From Aestuariivita boseongensis (GTDB taxonomy: Bacteria; Pseudomonadota; Alphaproteobacteria; Rhodobacterales; Rhodobacteraceae), in contig NZ_JXYH01000005.1 of assembly GCF_001262635.1 (NCBI RefSeq), forward strand, positions 62,070 to 126,069: a stretch of 64,000 bases of DNA, read 5' to 3'. How positions within the stretch are numbered: the first letter of the stretch is position 1; every line of letters starts with the position of its first letter. The position numbers and the translations under genes are program-made. Below, one piece after another: positions 1 to 9,033 of the stretch. The notes under the pieces were generated by a model that was given only the letters and a program-made list of their open reading frames with translations, made no database searches and was not told the origin of the DNA.

Positions 1-2787
1 GGCCCCGACCCGGTGCAGGGCACCTATGGCACCTTCACGATCTCGGCCTCGGGGGAATGGACCTACACACTCACGGAAAGCCTTGAAGGTCTGAATGCGC
101 CCGAGGCCGAAGGTGGTGCTTCGGCGATCGAGACCTTCACGGTTCAGGTCTCTGACGGGAATGGCGGGGTCGACCAGCAGGTGATCACGATCAACCTGGT
201 CGGCGACAATGACCTGCCTGTCTTTGACACCGAACTCAGCACCGATACCGGTGAGGTGACGGAAGATTCCGATGACATCGCCGCGACCGGCACGATGATC
301 GCCACCGATGTCGACAGCGCCGATCCGGTCTGGAGCAACCTGACCGGTGGCGACACGATCCAGGGTACGTATGGCGCGCTGCAGATCCAGGCAAACGGCT
401 CGTGGACCTATGAGCTGGATCCCGAACTGTCCGACAGTCTGGGCGATAGCGATGTGGAGACCGACAGCTTTACCGTGAGAGCCAGCGATGGCGACGGCGG
501 AGAAATCCAGCGCACCATCCAGATCACCGTGAATGGATCGAATGATGCGCCGGTCATCACCTCCGGACCCGAGGCCGCGACGGGTTCGGTCACCGAAGAT
601 GATCAGGTGAACACAGCTTCAGGCCAGCTGACGGCCTTTGATGCCGAAAACAGTCCGCTCACCTGGGGCATGGTGGGCAGCATCGAAGGCACCTATGGCA
701 CGCTGACCATCGACGATGACGGCAACTGGCTATACACGCTTGACAACATTCAGGCCAACAGCCTCGGCGAGGGTGACAGTGACACCGATACCTTCACCGT
801 CTTCGCCTCGGATGGCAGCCTGCAATCGGGCAACCAGCAGATCACGATTACGGTGAACGGTGCCAATGACGCACCCGAACTGCCCGAAGACAACGTCTTT
901 GAAACCACACAGGCCACGGCGGTTACAGATACCATTCTGGCCACTGACCCCGATGGCGACACGCTGACCTATACCCTGGTCACCGGCGAAGGGTTCGACG
1001 CGGAAAACGGCACCGTGTCGCTGACCAGCGGCGGGTCTTTCACCTATACCCCCAATGAAGGCTTTGTGGGCTTCGACAGCTTCACCTACGAGGTCAGCGA
1101 CGGGCTGGGCGGCGTGACCCAGGGCGAGGTGATCATCGCGGTTGAAACGGGTGAGGGCGGCGACAACAGCGTTGATGTGATCGTCAATTTCGATCCGGCA
1201 ACGGATGCTCCGGCCGGTAGTGTCGTACTGGATGCCAATGAGGTCACGTCATCCGAGGTCAATCTAATCTTTGCGCTGGATGGGTCCGGCAGTATCTCCA
1301 ATGACGACTGGAATGCGATGATCACGTCGATCGATGGGGCGCTTGACACACTGCAGACCCGGTTTGAAGGTTCAGAATTAACGGTTACCGTTGGATTTAC
1401 CGTCTTTTCCAGCGATGCGACTGAGGTTGTGTCTTTTGACCTGTTCAACGCCACCGGCACTGCCGAAGATCCTCGCGACGGCTGGGCGGAGGAGCTGGAA
1501 GCTCTGCGCGACGAACAGCCCAGCAGCCTGACCAACTGGGGCGCCGCACTGGACAGCACCGATACCTATCTTGACGGAACGGATCCCAACGCGCAGAACT
1601 TCCTGTTCTTCATCACCGATGGTGTGCCGTCGGGCAATGACTCGGTCTGGCAGGTCGAGCGAGATGAGCTTCTGGCCAACCACAACATCGACATCGAAGC
1701 CTTTGGGCTTGGTCCTGCCTTTGATAGCACCAGCGGCAATCCCTCTGCCAATGCGGTCGAAAGCCTGAACGGGCTGGACAGCGACGGTGCCTATACCGCG
1801 CTCTCAGGCCCTGAGGATTTGGAGCAGGCGTTGATCACGACCCCAGCTTTCAACCCAACGCTTGTGTCTTTGTCGGTGTCCTTGTCCGTCGAAGGTGGAC
1901 CCTCGACCGTGGTTGCCACAGAAGACACCCGGGCCCTGGCCAAGGAGGGAATTGACTACGAATTGGCGCTGGCCGAGATCGAAGACCTCTCTGACGCTCT
2001 GGGAGTGGAAAACCGGTTTTCGGTTACAGCCACTTATGACCTGGATGGTGATGGCGTCGCGGATCTGACCGTTTTCGCTACAGAAGTCTTTGGTAAGTCT
2101 GAAACGGAGGTGACGATCCCCAATGCCACCGACAGCCCCGCGTCCGAGCTGACGGGCAGCGATCTTCTGTTCGGGAGCGATCTTGCCGATGATATCTCAA
2201 GTGGGTCGGGCAATGATCTGGTGATGGGCTATGACGGTGCGGACAGCCTGAATGCCGGCACCGGGATCGATACAGTGCTTGCAGGGGCAGGCGACGATCT
2301 GCTGACTATGGAAGATGCTGGAGTGACCCGTCTGCCCGAAGACGGCGGCGACGGGGATTTGATGGATGGTGGCACGGGCCAGGATACGCTGGTCTTCGAT
2401 TTCACCAACGACATTCTGACCAACCTGCTGGACGATGTGACGATCCGCGACATCGAAACACTGGATATGGATAACGGCTTGCAGAACTCCATGATGCTGA
2501 CGCTAAGCGATGTAGTCGATTTGTCGACGGACTCGAACGCGCTGCTTGATGGGCAGGGCGTGGGAGCCGTGTCGGACAGCGCATTGATCCTGGGTGACAC
2601 TCAGGATGTCCTGTTCCTGGAAGACGGCGCAGACGGAAATTGGGTGCTGGCTTCACAGGATGAAGATATCGGTGGAGGTCAGTTGGTGGATATATGGCAA
2701 TACCAAAGCAACACTGATCCGGTCGGCGTATTTTCGGCAACATTGGGTGTTGATGCAGAAATCGAAGTGAACCCGCCCGTCGCTTAA
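1..2787 (+). CDS. Large secreted adhesin, 5'-truncated at the window edge. Repeated VCBS/cadherin-like Ig domains are followed by a vWA domain and RTX (hemolysin-type Ca-binding) repeats, making it a likely T1SS substrate.
   Basis: Open frame from base 1. ~100-aa repeats (TFTVxxSDGxGG...ITINLVGxNDxPV) recur four times. vWA metal-site motif LIFALDGSGSIS....FITDG is present. C-terminal GSGNDLVMGYDGADSLNAGTGIDTVLAGAGDDLL glycine/aspartate nonapeptide repeats are followed by an acidic C-terminal tail. Confidence 0.8.
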   Translation, partial: GPDPVQGTYGTFTISASGEWTYTLTESLEGLNAPEAEGGASAIETFTVQVSDGNGGVDQQVITINLVGDNDLPVFDTELSTDTGEVTEDSDDIAATGTMIATDVDSADPVWSNLTGGDTIQGTYGALQIQANGSWTYELDPELSDSLGDSDVETDSFTVRASDGDGGEIQRTIQITVNGSNDAPVITSGPEAATGSVTEDDQVNTASGQLTAFDAENSPLTWGMVGSIEGTYGTLTIDDDGNWLYTLDNIQANSLGEGDSDTDTFTVFASDGSLQSGNQQITITVNGANDAPELPEDNVFETTQATAVTDTILATDPDGDTLTYTLVTGEGFDAENGTVSLTSGGSFTYTPNEGFVGFDSFTYEVSDGLGGVTQGEVIIAVETGEGGDNSVDVIVNFDPATDAPAGSVVLDANEVTSSEVNLIFALDGSGSISNDDWNAMITSIDGALDTLQTRFEGSELTVTVGFTVFSSDATEVVSFDLFNATGTAEDPRDGWAEELEALRDEQPSSLTNWGAALDSTDTYLDGTDPNAQNFLFFITDGVPSGNDSVWQVERDELLANHNIDIEAFGLGPAFDSTSGNPSANAVESLNGLDSDGAYTALSGPEDLEQALITTPAFNPTLVSLSVSLSVEGGPSTVVATEDTRALAKEGIDYELALAEIEDLSDALGVENRFSVTATYDLDGDGVADLTVFATEVFGKSETEVTIPNATDSPASELTGSDLLFGSDLADDISSGSGNDLVMGYDGADSLNAGTGIDTVLAGAGDDLLTMEDAGVTRLPEDGGDGDLMDGGTGQDTLVFDFTNDILTNLLDDVTIRDIETLDMDNGLQNSMMLTLSDVVDLSTDSNALLDGQGVGAVSDSALILGDTQDVLFLEDGADGNWVLASQDEDIGGGQLVDIWQYQSNTDPVGVFSATLGVDAEIEVNPPVA

Positions 2788-2802
2788 GAAGATCTCGTGC
2801 CG

Positions 2803-3195
2803 CTATCTTGCCGCAAAGACCAGCCATGCCCAGATCATGGCAACATAAGTCATCTGGTGTAGGAACTGGTCAAAGCCTGCGGCACGCCAGAAACCTGCGT
2901 CGGCGGGCCCATGGCCTTTGGTGGCGGTATAGGCTGCTTTGGCCCAGTCGATGTGGAAGTGCACCACCCATTCTAGCAAGATCAGCACCAGGATCACTCC
3001 TATCGGCGCGCCAACAATCAGAAGGCAGATCAGCGATCCGACCGCGTGCACCAACGCGTGCTGCGCACGACCCATATGAAAATAGGTCCCGCGCCCTTCC
3101 AGCATCCTAGAAGTCTGGAGGAAGTAATCCGAAAACATATGCTTGATTTGAAGCAGGGAAAGCAGGATCAGAATCTGTAACGCCAGCTCGGTCAC
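2803..3195 (-). CDS. Small polytopic inner-membrane protein of unknown function
   Basis: 130-aa ORF with 3-4 hydrophobic helices. GC3-rich codon usage typical of the genome. No recognisable catalytic motif. Confidence 0.45.
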   Translation of the reverse strand: MTELALQILILLSLLQIKHMFSDYFLQTSRMLEGRGTYFHMGRAQHALVHAVGSLICLLIVGAPIGVILVLILLEWVVHFHIDWAKAAYTATKGHGPADAGFWRAAGFDQFLHQMTYVAMIWAWLVFAAR

Positions 3196-3425
3196 GTGGT
3201 TAACATCCTTTACGACACGCCGGCCGATACGTTGAGTGTAATGCCGAATATTTGGGCAAAAGCAATTGATTGCAAGAGCCTAAGACGTTTACCTTGGGTC
3301 CCATGTGCTTGAAGCTGGAATAAGCAACACGCGGCAACCGCTTTGCGGCAGATTGGAACAAGGCCATAGAACGCACACTTTTCAAATTCATTTGGAAATA
3401 CTCCAAGCGCGACCAACTGGTTCTT

Positions 3426-6368
3426 TTGGCCGTGACAACCTGCTTGTTCCCGCTTCTGTATCTGACGCTGGAATTGCCCAAGCGGATCATCAACGACGCC
3501 ATAGGTGCGGGATCCTCCCCGGTGCAGTTCATGGGCTATTCCGTCGAACAGGTGGTCTTGCTCAGTATCCTCTGCGGGGCCTTTCTGCTGTCGGTTCTGG
3601 CCCACGGCCTTCTGAAGATGCGCATCAACACGATGAAGGGCATTCTGTCGGAACGCATGCTGCGGCGGTTCCGCTATACACTGATTGCGCGCGTCACGCG
3701 GTTCCCGCAGCCCTATTTCGAACGCACCAGCCAGGGCGAGCTTGTCTCGATGATCACGTCCGAGGCCGAACCGATGGGCGGTCTGATGGGCGACGCGATC
3801 AGCCAGCCGGTGCTGCAGGCGGGCCAGATGCTGACGATCCTCAGCTTCCTGTTCCTGCAATCCTTCTGGTTCGGGCTGGCCGCCATTGCGCTGATCCCGC
3901 TGCAGGCCTGGCTGATCCCGATGCTGCAGCGCCAGATCAACCAGCTGAACAAAAAGCGCATTGTGCAGGTCCGCGCCTTTGCCGCCGAAATCGGGGAAAC
4001 GGCCCAGGGCGCCTCGACCCTGCGGGCCAATGGCGGCTGGCGTTTCCGGCTGTCGATGATCACCGACCGGCTGGCGCGGCTGTTCACGATCCGGTTCGAG
4101 ATCTACCAGAAGAAATTCTTCATGAAGTTCCTCAACAACTTCATCAACCAGCTCACGCCCTTCTTCTTTTATCTGGTGGGCGGTCTTCTGGTGATCCAGG
4201 GAGAGATTACCGTGGGCGCGCTGGTCGCGGCGCTGGCGGCCTACAAGGATATCGCCAGCCCCTGGAAAGAGCTTCTGGCCTATTACAACCAGGTGCAGGA
4301 CATGTCCCTGCGCTGGGAGATCATCACCGAACGCTTTGCCCCCGAAGGCATGACGGACGAGGCGCTGTTCACCGGCCAGCCCGAGGGCGAACCCGATCTG
4401 AAAGGCCCGATCACGCTGAAACATGTCAATGTGCGCGATGCCGATGGCAACAGCGTGCTGGAAGACCTCAATGTGACCCTGAACGAGGGCGCGATGATCG
4501 GCGTCACGGCCCCCAGCGAAGAGGACCGCCGCGCCTTTTCAGAAGTGCTGGTGCGCGAGGTGCAGCCTGCGGGCGGCAGCGTGACCATTGCCGACCAGCC
4601 GCTGGCGGGGCTGCATCAGGCAGTTGTGGCGCGCCAGATCGGCCATGCCTCGGCCCGGCCCGTTCTGTTTCAGGGCACTTTCCTGGAAAACGTGCTGATG
4701 CCGCTGAAGTACCAGCCCCTGTCGAAAGAGGGGATGGAGGCCGCGATCCTCGATGCCGAACGTTCGGGAAACAGCGGCGATCCGCTTCTGGCAGATTGGC
4801 TGGACCCGTCGCTTGCCGGGCTTGAAGACGAAGCCGCGCTGCGTGGCTGGATGCTGAAACTGGTCGACGCACTTGGCAGCGCGCCCACCTTCTTCCGCAG
4901 GGGCCTTGATATGCGCGCCGACGCGGTTCAGACGCCCGAGTTGACCCAGGCCATCATCGACGCCCGCACCAGCCTGAAGGAAGAGCTGCGCGCCACCGGG
5001 CTTGACCGCGCGGTGCATTGGCTGAACCCCGTGGCCTATAACCCCGCGCTGCCCGTGGGCGACAACCTGCTTTATGCCTCCCCGCTCAAACCCATCACGC
5101 AAGAGGCGCTGGCGCAGGAAACCGAATTCCTTGCCTTCCTGCGCGAACAGAAGATCGACGCGGGCCTGATCGCGCTCAGCCGCGATGTGATCGACATGCT
5201 GCGCCAGATCTTCGGCATGGACGGCACCGACCACCCGCTGTTTCACAAGCTGGGGCTTGAGGAAGGCACCTATGCCAAGGCGGCCGAATTGGTCAGCGCC
5301 CATGACGACAGCGGCGAACTCAGCGACGATGATCTGGCGCTTCTGATGACCATTCCCTTTGGCATTTCCGCCGAACAGATCGGCCCGGCCTTCCCCGAAG
5401 CCATGCAGGAGCAGATCCTGGAACTGCGCGCCACCCATGGCCAGGACATGCGCGAAAAGCTGAAAAGCCTTTACGTGCCGCTTTCCAGCAGCGCCTGGGC
5501 TCCGGGGATGAGCGTTCTGGAAAACGCGCTTTACGGGAAAGTGTCGGATACCGCCGGCGCCCGCGCGGACGAGGTGCGCCGCAAAGCCGCCGAATATCTG
5601 GAACGCGCCGGTCTGCGCGATCTGGTGGTGGCGCTGGTCTTTGACTGCCCGGTTCCTCTGGGCGGTGCCAACATGCCCTCGATTCTGGCCGAACCGCTGG
5701 CGGTGATGCGCGCCGCGATCAAGCGACCCAATGTGCTGGTTCTGGACAACGTGCTGGCCAGCCGCGAACGCGACGAGCGGCAGGAAGCCTATGAGAAACT
5801 GCACGAGCTTCTGCCCGGCACCACCATGGTTGTTCTGTCCGACAGCTTTCCCGCCGGTGCCGTCTTTGAACAGCAGCTTGACCTGCAACAGGGCCGGCTT
5901 GTCGCCCATGGCGAAACCGTGGCCGCCGAACAGGATGGCGCGGCCAGCGCGGACCTCACGCGCAAGCTGCGCGCGCTGGAACAGACGCATCTCTTTTCCG
6001 GTCTGGGCCGCCGCCAGCTGCGCCTGCTGGCCTTCGGCGCGCGCTGGTATGACGCGCAGGCGGGCGAATATGTCTTCTACAAGGGCGACCCGCCGATTGA
6101 CGGGGCCTATATGGTCATCGAAGGCGAAGCGGGGCTTTATCTTCCCAAGGACGGCGAAGACGATCAGCTGATCACCACCGTGGGTCCCGGCACGCTGGTG
6201 GGTGAACTGGGACTGATCCGCAACGTGCCGCGCGCGCTGGACATGAAGGCCGAAACCGATTTGAGATGCCTGCGCATCGGGGCCGAGGAATTCCTCGCCG
6301 TTGTGGAAAATGACGCCCAGACGGCCTTCAAGCTGTTGCAGGTCGTGGCGGGCTATGTCTCGAACTGA
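3426..6368 (+). CDS. ABC-exporter-like protein with a transmembrane domain, degenerate nucleotide-binding domain and C-terminal cyclic-nucleotide-binding (cNMP) domain. The true start is probably upstream of the TTG at 3426.
   Basis: N-terminal type-I ABC exporter TMD (6 predicted TM helices). The NBD-like region lacks Walker A (GAMIGVTAPSEEDRRA instead of GxxGxGKST). Walker B is VLVLDN (catalytic Glu replaced by Asn), the signature is degenerate (PLGGANMPS), and there is a large insertion inside the NBD. C-terminal ~130 aa match the cNMP-binding fold (FSGLGRRQLRLLAFGARWYDAQAGEYVFYKGDPPIDGAYMVIEGEAGLY...GELGLI). Confidence 0.8.
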   Translation: MAVTTCLFPLLYLTLELPKRIINDAIGAGSSPVQFMGYSVEQVVLLSILCGAFLLSVLAHGLLKMRINTMKGILSERMLRRFRYTLIARVTRFPQPYFERTSQGELVSMITSEAEPMGGLMGDAISQPVLQAGQMLTILSFLFLQSFWFGLAAIALIPLQAWLIPMLQRQINQLNKKRIVQVRAFAAEIGETAQGASTLRANGGWRFRLSMITDRLARLFTIRFEIYQKKFFMKFLNNFINQLTPFFFYLVGGLLVIQGEITVGALVAALAAYKDIASPWKELLAYYNQVQDMSLRWEIITERFAPEGMTDEALFTGQPEGEPDLKGPITLKHVNVRDADGNSVLEDLNVTLNEGAMIGVTAPSEEDRRAFSEVLVREVQPAGGSVTIADQPLAGLHQAVVARQIGHASARPVLFQGTFLENVLMPLKYQPLSKEGMEAAILDAERSGNSGDPLLADWLDPSLAGLEDEAALRGWMLKLVDALGSAPTFFRRGLDMRADAVQTPELTQAIIDARTSLKEELRATGLDRAVHWLNPVAYNPALPVGDNLLYASPLKPITQEALAQETEFLAFLREQKIDAGLIALSRDVIDMLRQIFGMDGTDHPLFHKLGLEEGTYAKAAELVSAHDDSGELSDDDLALLMTIPFGISAEQIGPAFPEAMQEQILELRATHGQDMREKLKSLYVPLSSSAWAPGMSVLENALYGKVSDTAGARADEVRRKAAEYLERAGLRDLVVALVFDCPVPLGGANMPSILAEPLAVMRAAIKRPNVLVLDNVLASRERDERQEAYEKLHELLPGTTMVVLSDSFPAGAVFEQQLDLQQGRLVAHGETVAAEQDGAASADLTRKLRALEQTHLFSGLGRRQLRLLAFGARWYDAQAGEYVFYKGDPPIDGAYMVIEGEAGLYLPKDGEDDQLITTVGPGTLVGELGLIRNVPRALDMKAETDLRCLRIGAEEFLAVVENDAQTAFKLLQVVAGYVSN

Positions 6369-6389
6369 TCACTGCGCAAGAGGACAGGA

Positions 6390-7238
6390 ATGAAGCTGAA
6401 GAGAGTTGCCAGGGGCGACGCCATCCGCAACGCTGCCGAGGATCCGTCAGGGACCTGGCGCGACGTGACCGACGTGACCGGCGATCTCAGCGCCAAATGT
6501 CTGGCCAACGACGGGTTGGCCGCGCTGCATGGGGCCGACCTGACCGCGCTGCCGGAACTGGGCGCCTATGACCGGCTGCTGCCTTGTGTGGGCAGCGTGG
6601 GCAAATTCATGTGCATCGGCCTGAATTACTCTGACCACGCGGAAGAGGCGGGCATGGCCATCCCCGACCATCCGATCCTGTTTCTGAAAGCCAATTCCGC
6701 CATTGCGGGGGCGCAGGACGATCTGCTGATGCCGCGCGGATCCAAAGCGCTGGATTGGGAGGTCGAACTGGGCGTGATCATCGGCAAGCCTGCGAAATAC
6801 GTGGACGAAGCGCGGGCACTGGACCACGTGGCGGGCTATTGCGTGGTCAATGACGTGTCCGAACGCGATTTTCAGCTGCACCTGACCGGCCAGTGGACCA
6901 AGGGCAAATCCTGCGACACGTTCGGCCCCATCGGCCCGTGGTTCGTGACCGCCGACGCGGTGCCCGATCCGCAGGCCCTGTCGCTCTGGGCCGAGGTGAA
7001 CGGGCAGCGGATGCAGGCGGGCCACAGCTCGACCATGATCTTTACCGTGGCCCAGATCATCGCGCATCTGTCGCAACTGATGACGCTGCATCCCGGCGAT
7101 GTGATCGCCACGGGTACACCTCCGGGTGTGGGCATGGGGATGAAACCGCCGCGATACCTCAAGCCGGGCGATGAGGTGAAGGCCGGGATCGAAGGTCTGG
7201 GCGAACAGGTCCAGCGCGTTATCGAAGATCAGAGCTGA
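6390..7238 (+). CDS. Fumarylacetoacetate hydrolase (FAH) family hydratase/isomerase
   Basis: GKFMCIGLNYSDHAEE...LDWEVELGVIIGK...GDVIATGTPPGVG motifs typical of the FAH/HpcE family. RBS GAGGACAGGA lies upstream of the ATG. Confidence 0.85.
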   Translation: MKLKRVARGDAIRNAAEDPSGTWRDVTDVTGDLSAKCLANDGLAALHGADLTALPELGAYDRLLPCVGSVGKFMCIGLNYSDHAEEAGMAIPDHPILFLKANSAIAGAQDDLLMPRGSKALDWEVELGVIIGKPAKYVDEARALDHVAGYCVVNDVSERDFQLHLTGQWTKGKSCDTFGPIGPWFVTADAVPDPQALSLWAEVNGQRMQAGHSSTMIFTVAQIIAHLSQLMTLHPGDVIATGTPPGVGMGMKPPRYLKPGDEVKAGIEGLGEQVQRVIEDQS

Positions 7239-7250
7239 TCGGGGCAGGGC

Positions 7251-8642
7251 ATGTTGGGTCTCAGACGGGTTCTATTGGCAGCAGCGCTGGGCGTGTCGGC
7301 CTGCAGCGGTGTCACCACCATTCACAACCCTGCGGCAGATACCGTCTGGCCCCCTCAGGAAAAGTCCGCGCCTTATAGTCAGGGCACGAAAACCACCGCG
7401 CGCAAGAATATCGCGATCTTCTTTGATGGCACGGGCAATGATTTCAACGCGGCGACCAATGTGGGCCGTCTGTATCAGTTGACGATCAACTAGAACCGCG
7501 ACGACATCGCGGCCTTTTACTCCTCGGGCGTGGGGGTTGATCGCGAGGTGCCTGTCGGGCTCGCCACTGGCCTTGGCTTTCGCGAGGATGTGCAGAATGC
7601 CTATCGCTTTCTGTCCGAAAACTATGCGGGCAGCCATGACCAGATCCATCTTTACGGCTATTCGTGCGGGGTGTTTGCCGTCCGTGCTCTGGGGGGGGGC
7701 GTGCATACGGTGGGGCTTGTGGATCTTCCCGATGACTATGACGCCGATCGCCGCGATTAGATCATTCACGAGCTCTTCACGGCCTATAAATTCGCCCACA
7801 ACAGGGCCGTGCCGCAAGGCTGCCCGGTCAGATGGGGCCAGCCGCAGGAAGCCATCGACCGCCGTCGCTGCGCAACGGGACGCGTGCTGGCCAAACACGG
7901 GCTGAGCGTGTCACGTTACCATGACGAGGTGCGCTTTGCCATGGTCGGCCTGTGGGACACGGTCGAAACGCTGGGATGGACCAATGGCCGTGACGATATC
8001 GACGATGTGAACTGGCGCTATGCCGATCAGATCTGCAACATGGACCGGGTCGCCCATGCCGCGTCGCTGCATGACAATCGCGCGGGGCCCTATACGCCCA
8101 TCCTGATGACCCGCCGCCGTATTGTAGACGATTGCGACCATCCCGATAGGGTGCTTTTCAAACGTGTGAACGAAGTCTGGTTTGCAGGCGATCACGGCCA
8201 GATCGGCGGGACCGAACCTTTGGGATATCTCTCGGGCGTGTCGCTGAACTGGATGCTGGATCAGGTGCGGCAGGTTCGCGTGAACGGACCGATCTTTCCC
8301 AAACATGCTGCCGTCCATGAAGACCGCCTCGATGTGGTCAAGGATGCCGAGCGCCAACGCCTGGGCTTCCGAGTGCTGTTTGACCGGCAGATGCGCGGTA
8401 TCCGCTGTTACTTCAAACCGGGCAATGATCGGCTATGGCAAAACGGATCCGCCGTCAGCAGGATCAAACTCCATGTGTCGGTGAAAGAACGTCTCGCGGC
8501 CGATGTCAGGCAGGTCCGGCGCGACCGGACCGGTGAGCCCCTGAAAGCGCTTTCCATCGAAGGGCAGGAGGCCCAGGTCGCCCGGATCAAAGCGTCAGAT
8601 GCCGCCTGTAACCCCGTTAAGCTGGTCTACGTCGGCGGCTGA
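7251..8642 (+). pseudogene. DUF2235 / Tle1-like alpha/beta-hydrolase (phospholipase-type) lipoprotein gene interrupted by two in-frame TAG codons
   Basis: Signal peptide with lipobox LGVSAC. IAIFFDGTGN, the GxSxG nucleophile (YGYSCG) and GLWDTV motifs of the DUF2235/Tle1 catalytic domain all lie in one reading frame. That frame is broken only by TAG at 7491-7493 and TAG at 7758-7760. Similarity continues across both stops. A G9 homopolymer lies at 7691-7699. Confidence 0.7.
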
Positions 8643-8986
8643 TCCGCTGCATGCGCATCGTCTGCGCCGCAATAGATCTTGTGCAGCATCCCGATCACCT
8701 GCGTGGTGGTCTCGTTGGCCAGCTGGTAAAACACTGTCCTTCCAGATCGCCTTGCGCTGACAACCCCATCTTCGCGCAGCCGCGCCAGCAATTGGGATAC
8801 GGCGGCCTGGCGCATGTTCAGCAGATCCTCAAGCTCTCCCACGGATCGTTCGCCGGTGGCCAGATGGCACAGGATCATCAGACGGCCCTCATGGGCAAGG
8901 GTCTTGAGGAAGGCCGCGGCCTCGGCCGCGCGTGCCGCCATGTCCGAAGGCGCATCTGACGGCAATAGGGTATCAACTGTGGTCAT
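8627..8986 (-). CDS. ArsR/SmtB-family transcriptional regulator
   Basis: Winged-HTH signature LAHEGRLMILCHLATGERSVGELEDLL...VSQLLARLREDGVV. Its 3' end overlaps the convergent DUF2235 gene by 16 bp. Confidence 0.85.
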   Translation of the reverse strand: MTTVDTLLPSDAPSDMAARAAEAAAFLKTLAHEGRLMILCHLATGERSVGELEDLLNMRQAAVSQLLARLREDGVVSARRSGRTVFYQLANETTTQVIGMLHKIYCGADDAHAADQPPT

Positions 8987-9033
8987 ATCTGCCGCAAGTG
9001 TCGTAGTAATTGCCCGCCACTATGCCCGCTTCG

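Noticed and set aside
3210-5990. Long minus-strand ORFs (404 aa and 483 aa) and a 506-aa plus-strand alternate frame overlapping the ABC-like gene
   Set aside because: They overlap the frame carrying the ABC TMD and cNMP motifs. Their sequences are Gln/Arg/His/Gly-rich and repetitive, without start-site support.
7251-8642. Interpreting the two TAG codons in the DUF2235 gene as genome-wide amber recoding
   Set aside because: TAG is used as a normal terminator by ybeZ (24758-24760), and no other gene in the window contains in-frame TAG. A locus-specific pseudogene or suppression is more parsimonious.
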